Origin: a virus
DNA length: 59,139 bases
IMG/VR virus record: IMGVR_UViG_3300043580_000025
Reading direction: 5' to 3' (one strand)
The notes beneath the pieces were generated by a model that was not told the origin of the DNA, made no database searches, and saw nothing but the letters and a program-made list of their open reading frames with translations. Both the position numbers and the translations under genes were made by a program. Of this stretch, positions 26,765 through 33,874 are shown piece by piece; the stretch's first letter is position 1, and every line of letters starts with the position of its first letter.

Positions 26765-27691
26765 TTAAGCAACGAGTGCTGCGTTGCTGATGTGCCGAAT
26801 GCGCGCAGCGGCACGACCGTGTTCAATCACGATGCCGTTGTACCATTCGACCCGAGTGCGGAACACTGGCGCGGCTTGCAGCTCGCCCAGGTCGCGAACG
26901 TCCATTGGGCCGTTCTGGATTCCTTGGATGCGGCCGGGACCGATGCTCAGGATATAGAGCGACGTTGCCGTTGCCGGACCCGATGCCGCTGCTTCGTCGA
27001 AGCCCAGGATGTCGTCGCCGCCGTTCGCACCGTATGCGACGAGCAACGGGATATCGTTGTAGTTCGAGATGCGCCGACCAAATGCGTCCGCGCTGTAGGT
27101 CACGAAGCCTGCGACGGCCGTCGTGCGCGCCGCTGCCGTGAACTTCCGGCGCATGGCTTTGGACATCAGATAGTGCGTCGGGTTGTCGACGGTATCGGTT
27201 GCGTCGTCGATCACACCGAGCGATAACGGAGAGCCGCCTGATGCCGCGCCTGCCGAAATGACTTGCGCATTCACCAGACGCTTCTGCAGGCCGTCGAACT
27301 CGCGTGGGTTGGTCGATGAATCGCCCTTGATGAACTTCTGCGTCCAGCCCGCCGCGAGGGACTTCACTTTCATGCGCTCATGCGTTGCGCGCACACCTTG
27401 GCCTTGCGTCTGGATGATGAAGCGGTCCACGTCCAGATCGCCGCCAGCAATCACCAGTGCTTCGGTCTGCGGATTCAGCACGCCGGACGACTCCGGGAAT
27501 GCCTCGTTCACGCCCCGGAAGCTGATGCCTGGGAGCGAGCCTTCGCGGTTGTACTTCAGTGCGTTACCTGCGATGTCATCGAACGGCAAGACCTGGAGGA
27601 TGTCCGATTCTTGCGCAAACATTTCGATGACGGCAGAGCGCACGATGTCGCCAGAGTTCAGCTTGGCGGCTTCGACGAGTGTCAGTGCCAT
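26765..27691 (-). CDS. major capsid protein
   Basis: 308 aa, N-terminus LTLVEAAKLNSGD..VIEMF typical of a capsid family; follows scaffold; AAGGTG SD. Confidence 0.85.
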   Translation of the reverse strand: MALTLVEAAKLNSGDIVRSAVIEMFAQESDILQVLPFDDIAGNALKYNREGSLPGISFRGVNEAFPESSGVLNPQTEALVIAGGDLDVDRFIIQTQGQGVRATHERMKVKSLAAGWTQKFIKGDSSTNPREFDGLQKRLVNAQVISAGAASGGSPLSLGVIDDATDTVDNPTHYLMSKAMRRKFTAAARTTAVAGFVTYSADAFGRRISNYNDIPLLVAYGANGGDDILGFDEAAASGPATATSLYILSIGPGRIQGIQNGPMDVRDLGELQAAPVFRTRVEWYNGIVIEHGRAAARIRHISNAALVA

Positions 27692-27716
27692 TTGATCACC
27701 TTAAAGGATGTCACCT

Positions 27717-28517
27717 CTAGCGCGATGCCCCCACCGCCTGCTGAGCGCGGTATTGGGTTATGCGTGCCTCGGGCGGGAGTTTTGAAAGATCGGGACCGCC
27801 TTTGGCAGCGCCGTTGGTGCCCATTGCACCGGAACCCTGTGCCCTCGGCCAGAGGTGTGGCGCGTTCTCGCGCAGCGATGCAGCCCACTCCTCGGGTGTG
27901 AGTGGCGTCTTGCCATCCTTCCCGAAGACAACGGTATCGCCGTTCATAGCGATCACGTTGCCATCGTCGTCGATGGTCCAGCCCGCGCCCTTAGCGCGCA
28001 GCACGATGTCCTCAGTTGCTTCAGGCAGCGCTCCTGCCTTCTGCGATGCCTTGATGATTGATTCGGCCATTGCGCGTTCGGCCAGCTTGTCGGCCTTCGC
28101 TTTCAGCTTGTCGGCCCGCGCGGTTTCCGCCTTGACCTTCTTGTCCCAATCCGCAGCCATACGTTCGGTGCGCTTATTGAGCACCTCGTCTAGCTTGCCT
28201 TGCTTGATCAGGCCCGCCTCTTCATCGTCCACAAACCTCTTGAGGATGGTGCGAACGGCTTCAGGATCGATGCCTTCGAACTGCGCGAGGTTGGCCTTGA
28301 GTTCTTTCTCCTTGCCAATCAACTCGCCGTTCTTTGCCTTCAGCCCTGCGACCTGCTCATTGACAGCCGCCTCGATCATGCCTTGCACGACGGGCTTCAG
28401 GTTCTCGGGAATTGCCGGTGGGGCTGGGGGCGGTGGAGGTGGTGGAGCGCCGCCGCCGCCTGGAGGATCAGGATCGGGTGCGCGGTATTTCATCATGACA
28501 TTTCGCGTCAGGTACAT
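27717..28517 (-). CDS. scaffolding protein
   Basis: 266 aa, poly-Pro then Ala/Lys/Glu coiled-coil, immediately upstream of the capsid gene. Confidence 0.75.
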   Translation of the reverse strand: MYLTRNVMMKYRAPDPDPPGGGGAPPPPPPPAPPAIPENLKPVVQGMIEAAVNEQVAGLKAKNGELIGKEKELKANLAQFEGIDPEAVRTILKRFVDDEEAGLIKQGKLDEVLNKRTERMAADWDKKVKAETARADKLKAKADKLAERAMAESIIKASQKAGALPEATEDIVLRAKGAGWTIDDDGNVIAMNGDTVVFGKDGKTPLTPEEWAASLRENAPHLWPRAQGSGAMGTNGAAKGGPDLSKLPPEARITQYRAQQAVGASR

Positions 28518-28520
28518 GCT

Positions 28521-28835
28521 TCAATTCCCCTTGGGAGTTGGATCGGATGCGATGGATTCCATGTCCCAGATCATCGCGGTGGTAATGCCGCCCATCAGGC
28601 AATCGAAGCAGACGCAGGCGTAGATGACCGTGCCGCCAGTTGGCCCGCGCCTGCCCTGGATAGCGCCGTTCACGACGCGGGCGTAGGTCTGGGAGCCGCA
28701 GCGTTTGCATCGCAACAGCCCCCGACGTAACGGCCGTGCCTTGGCCCGCAGCAGCACCGCCAGCTTAGGAGGAGGTGCAGCCGATGCGATGAGTGTTAAG
28801 CCGGACATAAGCAAACCACGGACACGGTACGCCAT
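28521..28835 (-). CDS. small zinc-ribbon protein
   Basis: 104 aa with CKRC ... CVCFDC; first minus-strand ORF after the island. Confidence 0.55.
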   Translation of the reverse strand: MAYRVRGLLMSGLTLIASAAPPPKLAVLLRAKARPLRRGLLRCKRCGSQTYARVVNGAIQGRRGPTGGTVIYACVCFDCLMGGITTAMIWDMESIASDPTPKGN

Positions 28836-28898
28836 GTCCGGCGCAAAACCAAGGCATATTTGCTAACACATTGTTGCTAGCTGGGCAATAGCCAAATC

Positions 28899-28923
28899 AA
28901 TCCCCACTAATTTAGTCGGGATT
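28899..28923. promoter_or_regulatory. 25-bp near-perfect palindrome in divergent control region (operator candidate)
   Basis: AATCCCCACTAA-T-TTAGTCGGGATT, 11/12 arm matches. Confidence 0.5.
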
Positions 28924-28936
28924 ATGGCTGGCCCTA

Positions 28937-28966
28937 TTGCGTTACGCTTTAACGGCGTGCTATAGT
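28937..28966 (+). promoter_or_regulatory. sigma70-type promoter, island cassette (33-nt class)
   Basis: TTGCGT-N18-TGcTATAGT; 33 nt from -10 to ATG 29000. Confidence 0.6.
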
Positions 28967-28999
28967 TGGGCCATCGCAACCCCAAACAGAAAGCACGAA

Positions 29000-29566
29000 A
29001 TGAACGCCAACCACACATTCACCCGAGTCCGCGTGATCGAAGACGAAGCCGCTTACGAAGCCGCCATCAAGCGCCGGATCAAGAACGCCTCGCAAGACAA
29101 GTTCTTCCGCGAGAACACCGACGCCCAGGAAGTCCTCGACTGCCTGCGCCAAGCGTCCAACTGGTCCGAGTTTGCAAAATCCCTGATGGCTTCCTACGAA
29201 GAGCGCGGAACGCTAAGCCCTGCCCAATTGAACGCAGGTCGCAGCATGCTTGCCAAGCAGAAAGAAAAAGCAGCCGCGAAGGTCGCAGCCCGCAACGCAC
29301 CGGCAACCTCTGGACGCCACCTGAGCACAATCGGCCAGCGCGAGACCTTTACGCTGACGATCAATAAGCTGATGGAAATGGAAGGCATGTACGGCACCTC
29401 CTACCTGCATATTTGCGCCGACGCCAACGGCAACTCGGTGGTGTACAAAGGCACTTCGGAGCTTGGCAAGCAAGGCGAGACGGTAACGGTCAAGGCAACG
29501 ATCAAAGAGCACACTGCTTACAACGGCGTTGCCCAGACGACGATCAACCGCCCCAAAGTGCTGTAA
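29000..29566 (+). CDS. hypothetical protein (188 aa)
   Basis: ATG 6 nt after CAGAAAGC box; the track's 21-codon upstream extension is the promoter/leader. Confidence 0.8.
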   Translation: MNANHTFTRVRVIEDEAAYEAAIKRRIKNASQDKFFRENTDAQEVLDCLRQASNWSEFAKSLMASYEERGTLSPAQLNAGRSMLAKQKEKAAAKVAARNAPATSGRHLSTIGQRETFTLTINKLMEMEGMYGTSYLHICADANGNSVVYKGTSELGKQGETVTVKATIKEHTAYNGVAQTTINRPKVL

Positions 29567-29574
29567 AGCAGGCA

Positions 29575-29604
29575 AAGCCCGACCAAGCAGGTCGGGTTTA
29601 TTTA
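29575..29604 (+). terminator. rho-independent terminator
   Basis: CCCGAC-7nt-GTCGGG stem followed by TTTATTT. Confidence 0.65.
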
Positions 29605-29611
29605 GCCCCTA

Positions 29612-29641
29612 TTGCGTTACGCTTTAACCGCACGCTATAAT
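29612..29641 (+). promoter_or_regulatory. sigma70-type promoter, island cassette (33-nt class)
   Basis: TTGCGT-N18-TATAAT; 22 nt upstream block identical to 28932..28953. Confidence 0.6.
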
Positions 29642-29674
29642 TGCGCCATCGACACCCCAAACAGAAAGCAGCAA

Positions 29675-29890
29675 ATGACCTCCAAGCCCACCGCCGCCGC
29701 AGCCTACGCGATGCACGTCGCTAACATCGAAGCCCAGATCGCCACCTTGCAAGCCAAGCTCGCCAAGCACAAAACCACGCCGGTCAAGCCCGGTTCCGAC
29801 AGCTTCGCCTCCTGGGGCAAAGTAGGCGACCTCGCGCACGTCAGCGAAACCCTGACCGAGATCAACGAATTCTTCGGCAGCGCACTGTGA
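29675..29890 (+). CDS. hypothetical protein (71 aa)
   Basis: ATG 6 nt after CAGAAAGC. Confidence 0.7.
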   Translation: MTSKPTAAAAYAMHVANIEAQIATLQAKLAKHKTTPVKPGSDSFASWGKVGDLAHVSETLTEINEFFGSAL

Positions 29891-30084
29891 AAATTAACCC
29901 CCCACTCATGGCCGTCGATTACACCCTGAACGAATTGCGCGCACGCCTGCCAGCGCTGCGCGAGCAAAGGGAAAACCCCAGCGTCGCATCAAGCTACAAT
30001 CGCTTGGTCGGAAAAATCGACGCGCTGGAAGCGGTTAAACGCTTACTGGAAACCGGTTCCTACTTTGAACTGCGACTACTCTGA
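29887..30084 (+). CDS. hypothetical protein (65 aa)
   Basis: GTG start overlapping upstream stop (GTGA). Confidence 0.5.
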   Translation: MKINPPLMAVDYTLNELRARLPALREQRENPSVASSYNRLVGKIDALEAVKRLLETGSYFELRLL

Positions 30085-30094
30085 AAGGCAAAGC

Positions 30095-30289
30095 ATGAAG
30101 CAACGCGACAAGGAAAACACGGTGGACGAGATGGTCGTCTACTTTAATAGGCACCCCAACATCCGCACGGCAACTCGGACGCTAAGCGTACAGAACGTCG
30201 AAGACCTGGAGGAACTTGGCTTTCGAGTTAGGCCAGTGCGCGGTGAATCTGGCGTGTACCGCCGTTGTTTAATTGAGCGACGCGATTGA
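30095..30289 (+). CDS. hypothetical protein (64 aa)
   Basis: ATG 6 nt after TGAAAGG, in which TGA is the upstream stop. Confidence 0.6.
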   Translation: MKQRDKENTVDEMVVYFNRHPNIRTATRTLSVQNVEDLEELGFRVRPVRGESGVYRRCLIERRD

Positions 30290-30298
30290 TGGTATAAT
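30290..30298 (+). promoter_or_regulatory. extended -10 promoter, island cassette (26-nt class)
   Basis: TGgTATAAT; 26 nt to ATG 30325. Confidence 0.55.
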
Positions 30299-30324
30299 TG
30301 CGGCACACCAACAGAAAGCACAGA

Positions 30325-30513
30325 ATGAAGATCAGCAAGCAAGACCTCACGATGACCCTGGGCACCGCCGCCGACATGGTCGCACGCGCGGACAAATTTG
30401 AGCCGCACCAATTGGCAAGGGCGCGTGTTGTGGTCGCCTACTGGGCTGCGCTGCGCGCCAAGCAAGCTCGCACAAAAGCAACAAAAGCCGCAAAGACTTG
30501 CGTGACGCGATAA
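30325..30513 (+). CDS. hypothetical protein (62 aa)
   Basis: ATG 6 nt after CAGAAAGC. Confidence 0.65.
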   Translation: MKISKQDLTMTLGTAADMVARADKFEPHQLARARVVVAYWAALRAKQARTKATKAAKTCVTR

Positions 30514-30527
30514 CGCGATGCTATAAT
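30498..30527 (+). promoter_or_regulatory. sigma70-type promoter, island cassette (33-nt class)
   Basis: TTGCGT-N18-TGcTATAAT; overlaps the last codons of 30325..30513. Confidence 0.6.
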
Positions 30528-30560
30528 TGCCACATCGCAACCCCAAACAGAAAGCACCAA

Positions 30561-30821
30561 ATGACCAAAGTCAAAGCCCACCTCCTGAGCATCGCCCTGA
30601 TCAAAGGCAACCTGAAGCTGGCCGCGCACCTCGCCATGCTGGCATCCATTGAATACGGCAACACGGTCAACCTCGACAACGCCTACGCAAAGGTCAAGGA
30701 CGCGATTACGCCGAAGCAATGGTCGGGATACCTGGGCGCATTGGCAAAGGATGGTGTGTATGCACCTTGCACCGACCCGGACTTCGCTGGCTTCTACGGC
30801 ACCTTGACCACATACGCCTAA
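30561..30821 (+). CDS. hypothetical protein (86 aa)
   Basis: ATG 6 nt after CAGAAAGC. Confidence 0.7.
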   Translation: MTKVKAHLLSIALIKGNLKLAAHLAMLASIEYGNTVNLDNAYAKVKDAITPKQWSGYLGALAKDGVYAPCTDPDFAGFYGTLTTYA

Positions 30822-30827
30822 AGCAAA

Positions 30828-30845
30828 ACAGCCCGCAAGGGCTGT
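30828..30845 (+). other. GNRA-tetraloop hairpin abutting the next promoter
   Basis: ACAGCCC-GCAA-GGGCTGT; no T-tract; 3' arm supplies the TG of the next extended -10. Confidence 0.5.
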
Positions 30846-30853
30846 GCTACAAT
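30845..30853 (+). promoter_or_regulatory. extended -10 promoter, island cassette (26-nt class)
   Basis: TGcTACAAT; 26 nt to ATG 30880. Confidence 0.55.
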
Positions 30854-30879
30854 ACCTGCACACCAACAGAAAGCACAGA

Positions 30880-31089
30880 ATGAAAATCGAAACCGCCGCC
30901 GAAGTCCTCGCAACCGTCAAGGTGCTCGAAGCACGCGCACGCAAAGTGCCGAAGCCAGCGCGCAACGCCTATCACCAGATCGCCAAGCGTCGCATCGCTG
31001 ACGCGCGCCTCTTTGCCGACAAGAACCTGGACCACGCCATTGCTTGCATCCGCGAGGCACGCCACTGCTTGGAACTGATTGTGTACTGA
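30880..31089 (+). CDS. hypothetical protein (69 aa)
   Basis: ATG 6 nt after CAGAAAGC. Confidence 0.65.
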   Translation: MKIETAAEVLATVKVLEARARKVPKPARNAYHQIAKRRIADARLFADKNLDHAIACIREARHCLELIVY

Positions 31090-31098
31090 TGCTATAAT
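31090..31098 (+). promoter_or_regulatory. extended -10 promoter, island cassette (26-nt class)
   Basis: TGcTATAAT; 31093..31120 is identical to 30293..30320. Confidence 0.6.
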
Positions 31099-31124
31099 TG
31101 CGGCACACCAACAGAAAGCAGATA

Positions 31125-31385
31125 ATGACACGCAAGACAACCGAACAAATCGAAGAAGGCCGCTGGATGCGCGGCATCAACCGCGACATCGAGAAGCACG
31201 ACAAGATCAGCAAGCTCGAAGACAAGATCATCGCATCGTGCATCATTGGCACGCTCATGCGCGAAGGCAAGACGGTTCACTACATTAACTTGACGAACCG
31301 CAAAGGCCAATACACCGGCAAGATCAAGACTGGCACGCACGACGCGCTGCTCGACTACCTCATTCGCAACAAATACGTCCGCTGA
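31125..31385 (+). CDS. hypothetical protein (86 aa)
   Basis: ATG 6 nt after CAGAAAGC. Confidence 0.7.
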   Translation: MTRKTTEQIEEGRWMRGINRDIEKHDKISKLEDKIIASCIIGTLMREGKTVHYINLTNRKGQYTGKIKTGTHDALLDYLIRNKYVR

Positions 31386-31387
31386 TC

Positions 31388-31618
31388 ATGAAACACGCAA
31401 AATTCTTCGAAGCCAACCCAAACGCAACCCTGGACTTCTTTGGCAAGTTCACCCGGCAAGAGCTGCAGGCAATGAACGAGCCAGCGTGGAAGGAGCTGCG
31501 CCGCCTGGACAACACCGGCGACAAGCTAGCGTTCCGCGCCTATATGCGGCTGCACGAAGGCCCACGCGGTCTGATCAACTGCATCATGGCCGACCACGAT
31601 CTGCCGAACAGATTTTAA
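31388..31618 (+). CDS. hypothetical protein (76 aa)
   Basis: ATG 2 nt after upstream stop. Confidence 0.6.
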   Translation: MKHAKFFEANPNATLDFFGKFTRQELQAMNEPAWKELRRLDNTGDKLAFRAYMRLHEGPRGLINCIMADHDLPNRF

Positions 31619-31648
31619 TTTCCCAACCACCGCCAAAGAAAGCAAAGC

Positions 31649-32047
31649 ATGACATTCAAACTCTCAGCAGAACAAACAAGGGCGCGCGACGCGCTGGCCG
31701 TACGCCTCGAAGAGGAACGCGCCAAGGTCGACACCGCCGTGACCGACTTCAACGACGCGCTGACCATCGCGCGCAACACGCTGCAAGAAGCGCTCGACGC
31801 CTATAACGGCGTGCTTAGCGAAGCGCGCTTCTTCGCCGCCGACGTTTCCCAGGACTGGGAGAACGACTTCGAAGAGAAGTCCGAGCGTTGGCAGGAAAGC
31901 GAGAAGGGCGAAGGCGTGCGCGAGATGATCGAAGCGTGGCAAAACGTCGACCTCGAAGACCTGGAGATCGACATGCCCGACGCCGAGATCGACCTGAACG
32001 TGGACACGCACGACGAAACGCTGACCAACCTCCCGACCGAAGCGTGA
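31649..32047 (+). CDS. strongly acidic protein (132 aa)
   Basis: ATG 6 nt after AGAAAGC; about 35 D/E versus 12 K/R by manual count. Confidence 0.7.
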   Translation: MTFKLSAEQTRARDALAVRLEEERAKVDTAVTDFNDALTIARNTLQEALDAYNGVLSEARFFAADVSQDWENDFEEKSERWQESEKGEGVREMIEAWQNVDLEDLEIDMPDAEIDLNVDTHDETLTNLPTEA

Positions 32048-32060
32048 CGCGATAACAGGA

Positions 32061-32069
32061 TGCTATAAT
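32061..32069 (+). promoter_or_regulatory. extended -10 promoter, island cassette (33-nt class)
   Basis: TGcTATAAT; 33 nt to ATG 32103. Confidence 0.55.
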
Positions 32070-32102
32070 CGCATCATGCCCACCCGAAACAGAAAGCTAG
32101 AA

Positions 32103-32279
32103 ATGATGACGAACCGACCGCTCACGCTCTGGAGCCGCCGTACCAACGCCGCCGTTGGCAACCATTGGGTCGCTGAGCGCGGCGTGACCGAAGCGACCGC
32201 CCAGGAATGGCTCGCGGTGTTCCGCAAGGACGAGCCGAACGTGATTTTCGTCGCTTGCGCGCACCGGCCGCGCGGCTAA
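32103..32279 (+). CDS. hypothetical protein (58 aa)
   Basis: ATG 6 nt after CAGAAAGC. Confidence 0.6.
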   Translation: MMTNRPLTLWSRRTNAAVGNHWVAERGVTEATAQEWLAVFRKDEPNVIFVACAHRPRG

Positions 32280-32286
32280 AATTAAA

Positions 32287-32311
32287 CACGCCGTTATGGG
32301 ATAACGGCGTG
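32287..32311 (+). other. perfect 11-bp hairpin overlapping the promoter spacer
   Basis: CACGCCGTTAT-GGG-ATAACGGCGTG, immediately followed by CTATAAT. Confidence 0.7.
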
Positions 32312-32318
32312 CTATAAT
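32310..32318 (+). promoter_or_regulatory. extended -10 promoter
   Basis: TGcTATAAT; 36 nt to ATG 32355. Confidence 0.5.
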
Positions 32319-32354
32319 CGAAGCATGCAAACCACCCCCCACCTTGGAGCCCCC

Positions 32355-32609
32355 ATGAAGAAACCCGTAGGCCAGATCGAGTGGCGCGACGAAAGCGGCC
32401 GGAAACACTGGGCCGAGTTCTACTTGGCCGCTGACAACTCCTGGGGCGCGCTGAACGGTTTCCCTTTTGAGATCGAGTTCAACAAAACGGGACAAAAACG
32501 CTTTGCCCAGATTTTGCGGACGGTGGTGCACGTCGCCATCGACGAGGACGAGACCGGCAAGCCCATCACCGACAAATGGACCGTCAAGCGCACCGACTTC
32601 CCTGCCTGA
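32355..32609 (+). CDS. hypothetical protein (84 aa)
   Basis: GGAG 5 nt upstream of ATG 32355. Confidence 0.65.
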   Translation: MKKPVGQIEWRDESGRKHWAEFYLAADNSWGALNGFPFEIEFNKTGQKRFAQILRTVVHVAIDEDETGKPITDKWTVKRTDFPA

Positions 32610-32619
32610 AAGAACACCG

Positions 32620-32865
32620 ATGAACTTCCCTAGCGCTCCCGCAAACAACCCCCTGGACGCTGGCTCGCAAGCCAGCGACAAAACCTTCTTTGGCGAGTTT
32701 GACCGCTACGCCCTCTTTGCGGTCCACACGCGCTTCGACGCGGTCCAATGGTTTGTGGCCGACGCCGAGCTGCCTGACCCAGTGACCGGCAAGCCAAGCA
32801 TTATCCGGCAAGCGGCAACGCCAGAAGAAGCGGTTGCAGGGTTACGCTTTAACGACGTGCTATAA
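32620..32865 (+). CDS. hypothetical protein (81 aa)
   Basis: ATG after TGAAAGA (TGA is the upstream stop); the 3' end encodes the next promoter. Confidence 0.6.
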   Translation: MNFPSAPANNPLDAGSQASDKTFFGEFDRYALFAVHTRFDAVQWFVADAELPDPVTGKPSIIRQAATPEEAVAGLRFNDVL

Positions 32866-32866
32866 T
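32858..32866 (+). promoter_or_regulatory. extended -10 promoter, island cassette (26-nt class)
   Basis: TGcTATAAT preceded by GGTTACGCTTTAAC block; stop TAA of the upstream gene lies inside TATAAT. Confidence 0.55.
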
Positions 32867-32892
32867 CTGGGCACACCAACAGAAAGCCCAGC

Positions 32893-33048
32893 ATGAACAA
32901 GATCAAAGTCACCATCAAATGTCGCGGCCAAGCCGAAGTCACAAAGGTCGTCCACGCCGACGACCTGAGCGCCGCGATGGACATTGTCCAAAACGAGATG
33001 GAAGCCGCTGGGTTTTTTGTTGAATTCCTCAGCGCCAGCTTCGCCTAA
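32893..33048 (+). CDS. hypothetical protein (51 aa; below ORF-track cutoff)
   Basis: Translated manually: MNKIKVTIKCRGQAEV...SASFA; ATG 6 nt after CAGAAAGC and 26 nt after the -10. Confidence 0.6.
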   Translation: MNKIKVTIKCRGQAEVTKVVHADDLSAAMDIVQNEMEAAGFFVEFLSASFA

Positions 33049-33062
33049 GTAGAAAGCAAAAC

Positions 33063-33257
33063 ATGACCGCCAAGCAATACGTTATCCGCGCAACCCAGAT
33101 CAAAGGTCTGGACCTCATCAAGCCCACGAAAGGCAACCCCGGCATCCTTGCCATCGACTACACCCGCAAGGTGGGCGGCGTCCACCCCTGCGTCATCGAC
33201 GCGCGGACCTGGGCCGAAGCACAGACCCAACTCAATAACTACTACATGGTGGGCTGA
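33063..33257 (+). CDS. hypothetical protein (64 aa)
   Basis: ATG 6 nt after TAGAAAGC. Confidence 0.6.
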   Translation: MTAKQYVIRATQIKGLDLIKPTKGNPGILAIDYTRKVGGVHPCVIDARTWAEAQTQLNNYYMVG

Positions 33258-33266
33258 AGCCCTTTT

Positions 33267-33431
33267 ATGAAATACGCTCAAGAACTCCGCGCGCAGGCGC
33301 AAGCACTGCGCATCAAAGCCCGCACGATGATCGTGCTGCACGCATGGCGTCTATTGATTCAGGCCCGCCAGCTTGAAGCCGAAGCCGACGCCATCGAAGC
33401 ACGCATCGCTTTACGCGAGATGGAAGAATGA
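33267..33431 (+). CDS. hypothetical helical protein (54 aa; below ORF-track cutoff)
   Basis: Translated manually: MKYAQELRAQAQ...REMEE; ATGA overlap with the next gene. Confidence 0.5.
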   Translation: MKYAQELRAQAQALRIKARTMIVLHAWRLLIQARQLEAEADAIEARIALREMEE

Positions 33432-33874
33432 CCGCACTAACCATTGCAGAACGCCAATCGCTTTACCGCGCGCGACGCACCTTAGAAGGCAAGACCGAAG
33501 TGCGTGGTATATACTTGCAGCCAGAGCAACACGCAGCGTTGCGCGCAATTGCCCGCACGCAGATTAACCAAACCAACAGAAAGGTACCACTCATGCAACC
33601 CAGCGTCGGCGCTTTGCCGCAAACCAAGAACATGATCTTCGTCCCGGCGCACATGGCGCTTGTCGAGACGGACGCACCCACCATCGCCGTCAAGCTGGGC
33701 GAGAAGGGATATTGGCCGGTGTACCACCCGAGCCATGAAGAGTTGAACGAGCGATATGCAAGCGAAGCGGTGCTTCGATCCGCAGTGCAGGCGTCGATGT
33801 TTGGATGGGATGCACCTATCGCACGCGAAGCAATCGAGTGGCTCGCAGAAGCAGACGATGCGTCGGCCGCGTGA
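33428..33874 (+). CDS. hypothetical protein (148 aa) with possible internal start at 33593
   Basis: In-frame CAGAAAGG box 9 nt before internal ATG 33593. Confidence 0.65.
   Translation: MTALTIAERQSLYRARRTLEGKTEVRGIYLQPEQHAALRAIARTQINQTNRKVPLMQPSVGALPQTKNMIFVPAHMALVETDAPTIAVKLGEKGYWPVYHPSHEELNERYASEAVLRSAVQASMFGWDAPIAREAIEWLAEADDASAA

Noticed and set aside
27760-28623. Long antisense ORFs: 27760..28623(+), 41126..41995(+), 17038..17883(+), 30438..30965(-), 52455..53483(-), 57783..58340(-), and many others in the track
   Set aside because: These are shadow ORFs typical of GC-rich DNA. They overlap genes with clear motifs or operon context on the other strand, have Arg/Ala/Pro/Gly-skewed low-complexity translations, and lack ribosome-binding sites.
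28937-28999. Upstream-extended starts given by the ORF track (28937, 29612, 30298, 30498, 30844, 31098, 32076, 33756, 47892, 52101, 54343, 55190, 56070 and others)
   Set aside because: The extensions translate the promoter/leader cassette itself (recurring ...NRK... from CAGAAAG, and MRYALTA from the -35 block). Internal ATGs sit at the conserved distance from the box or from an SD.
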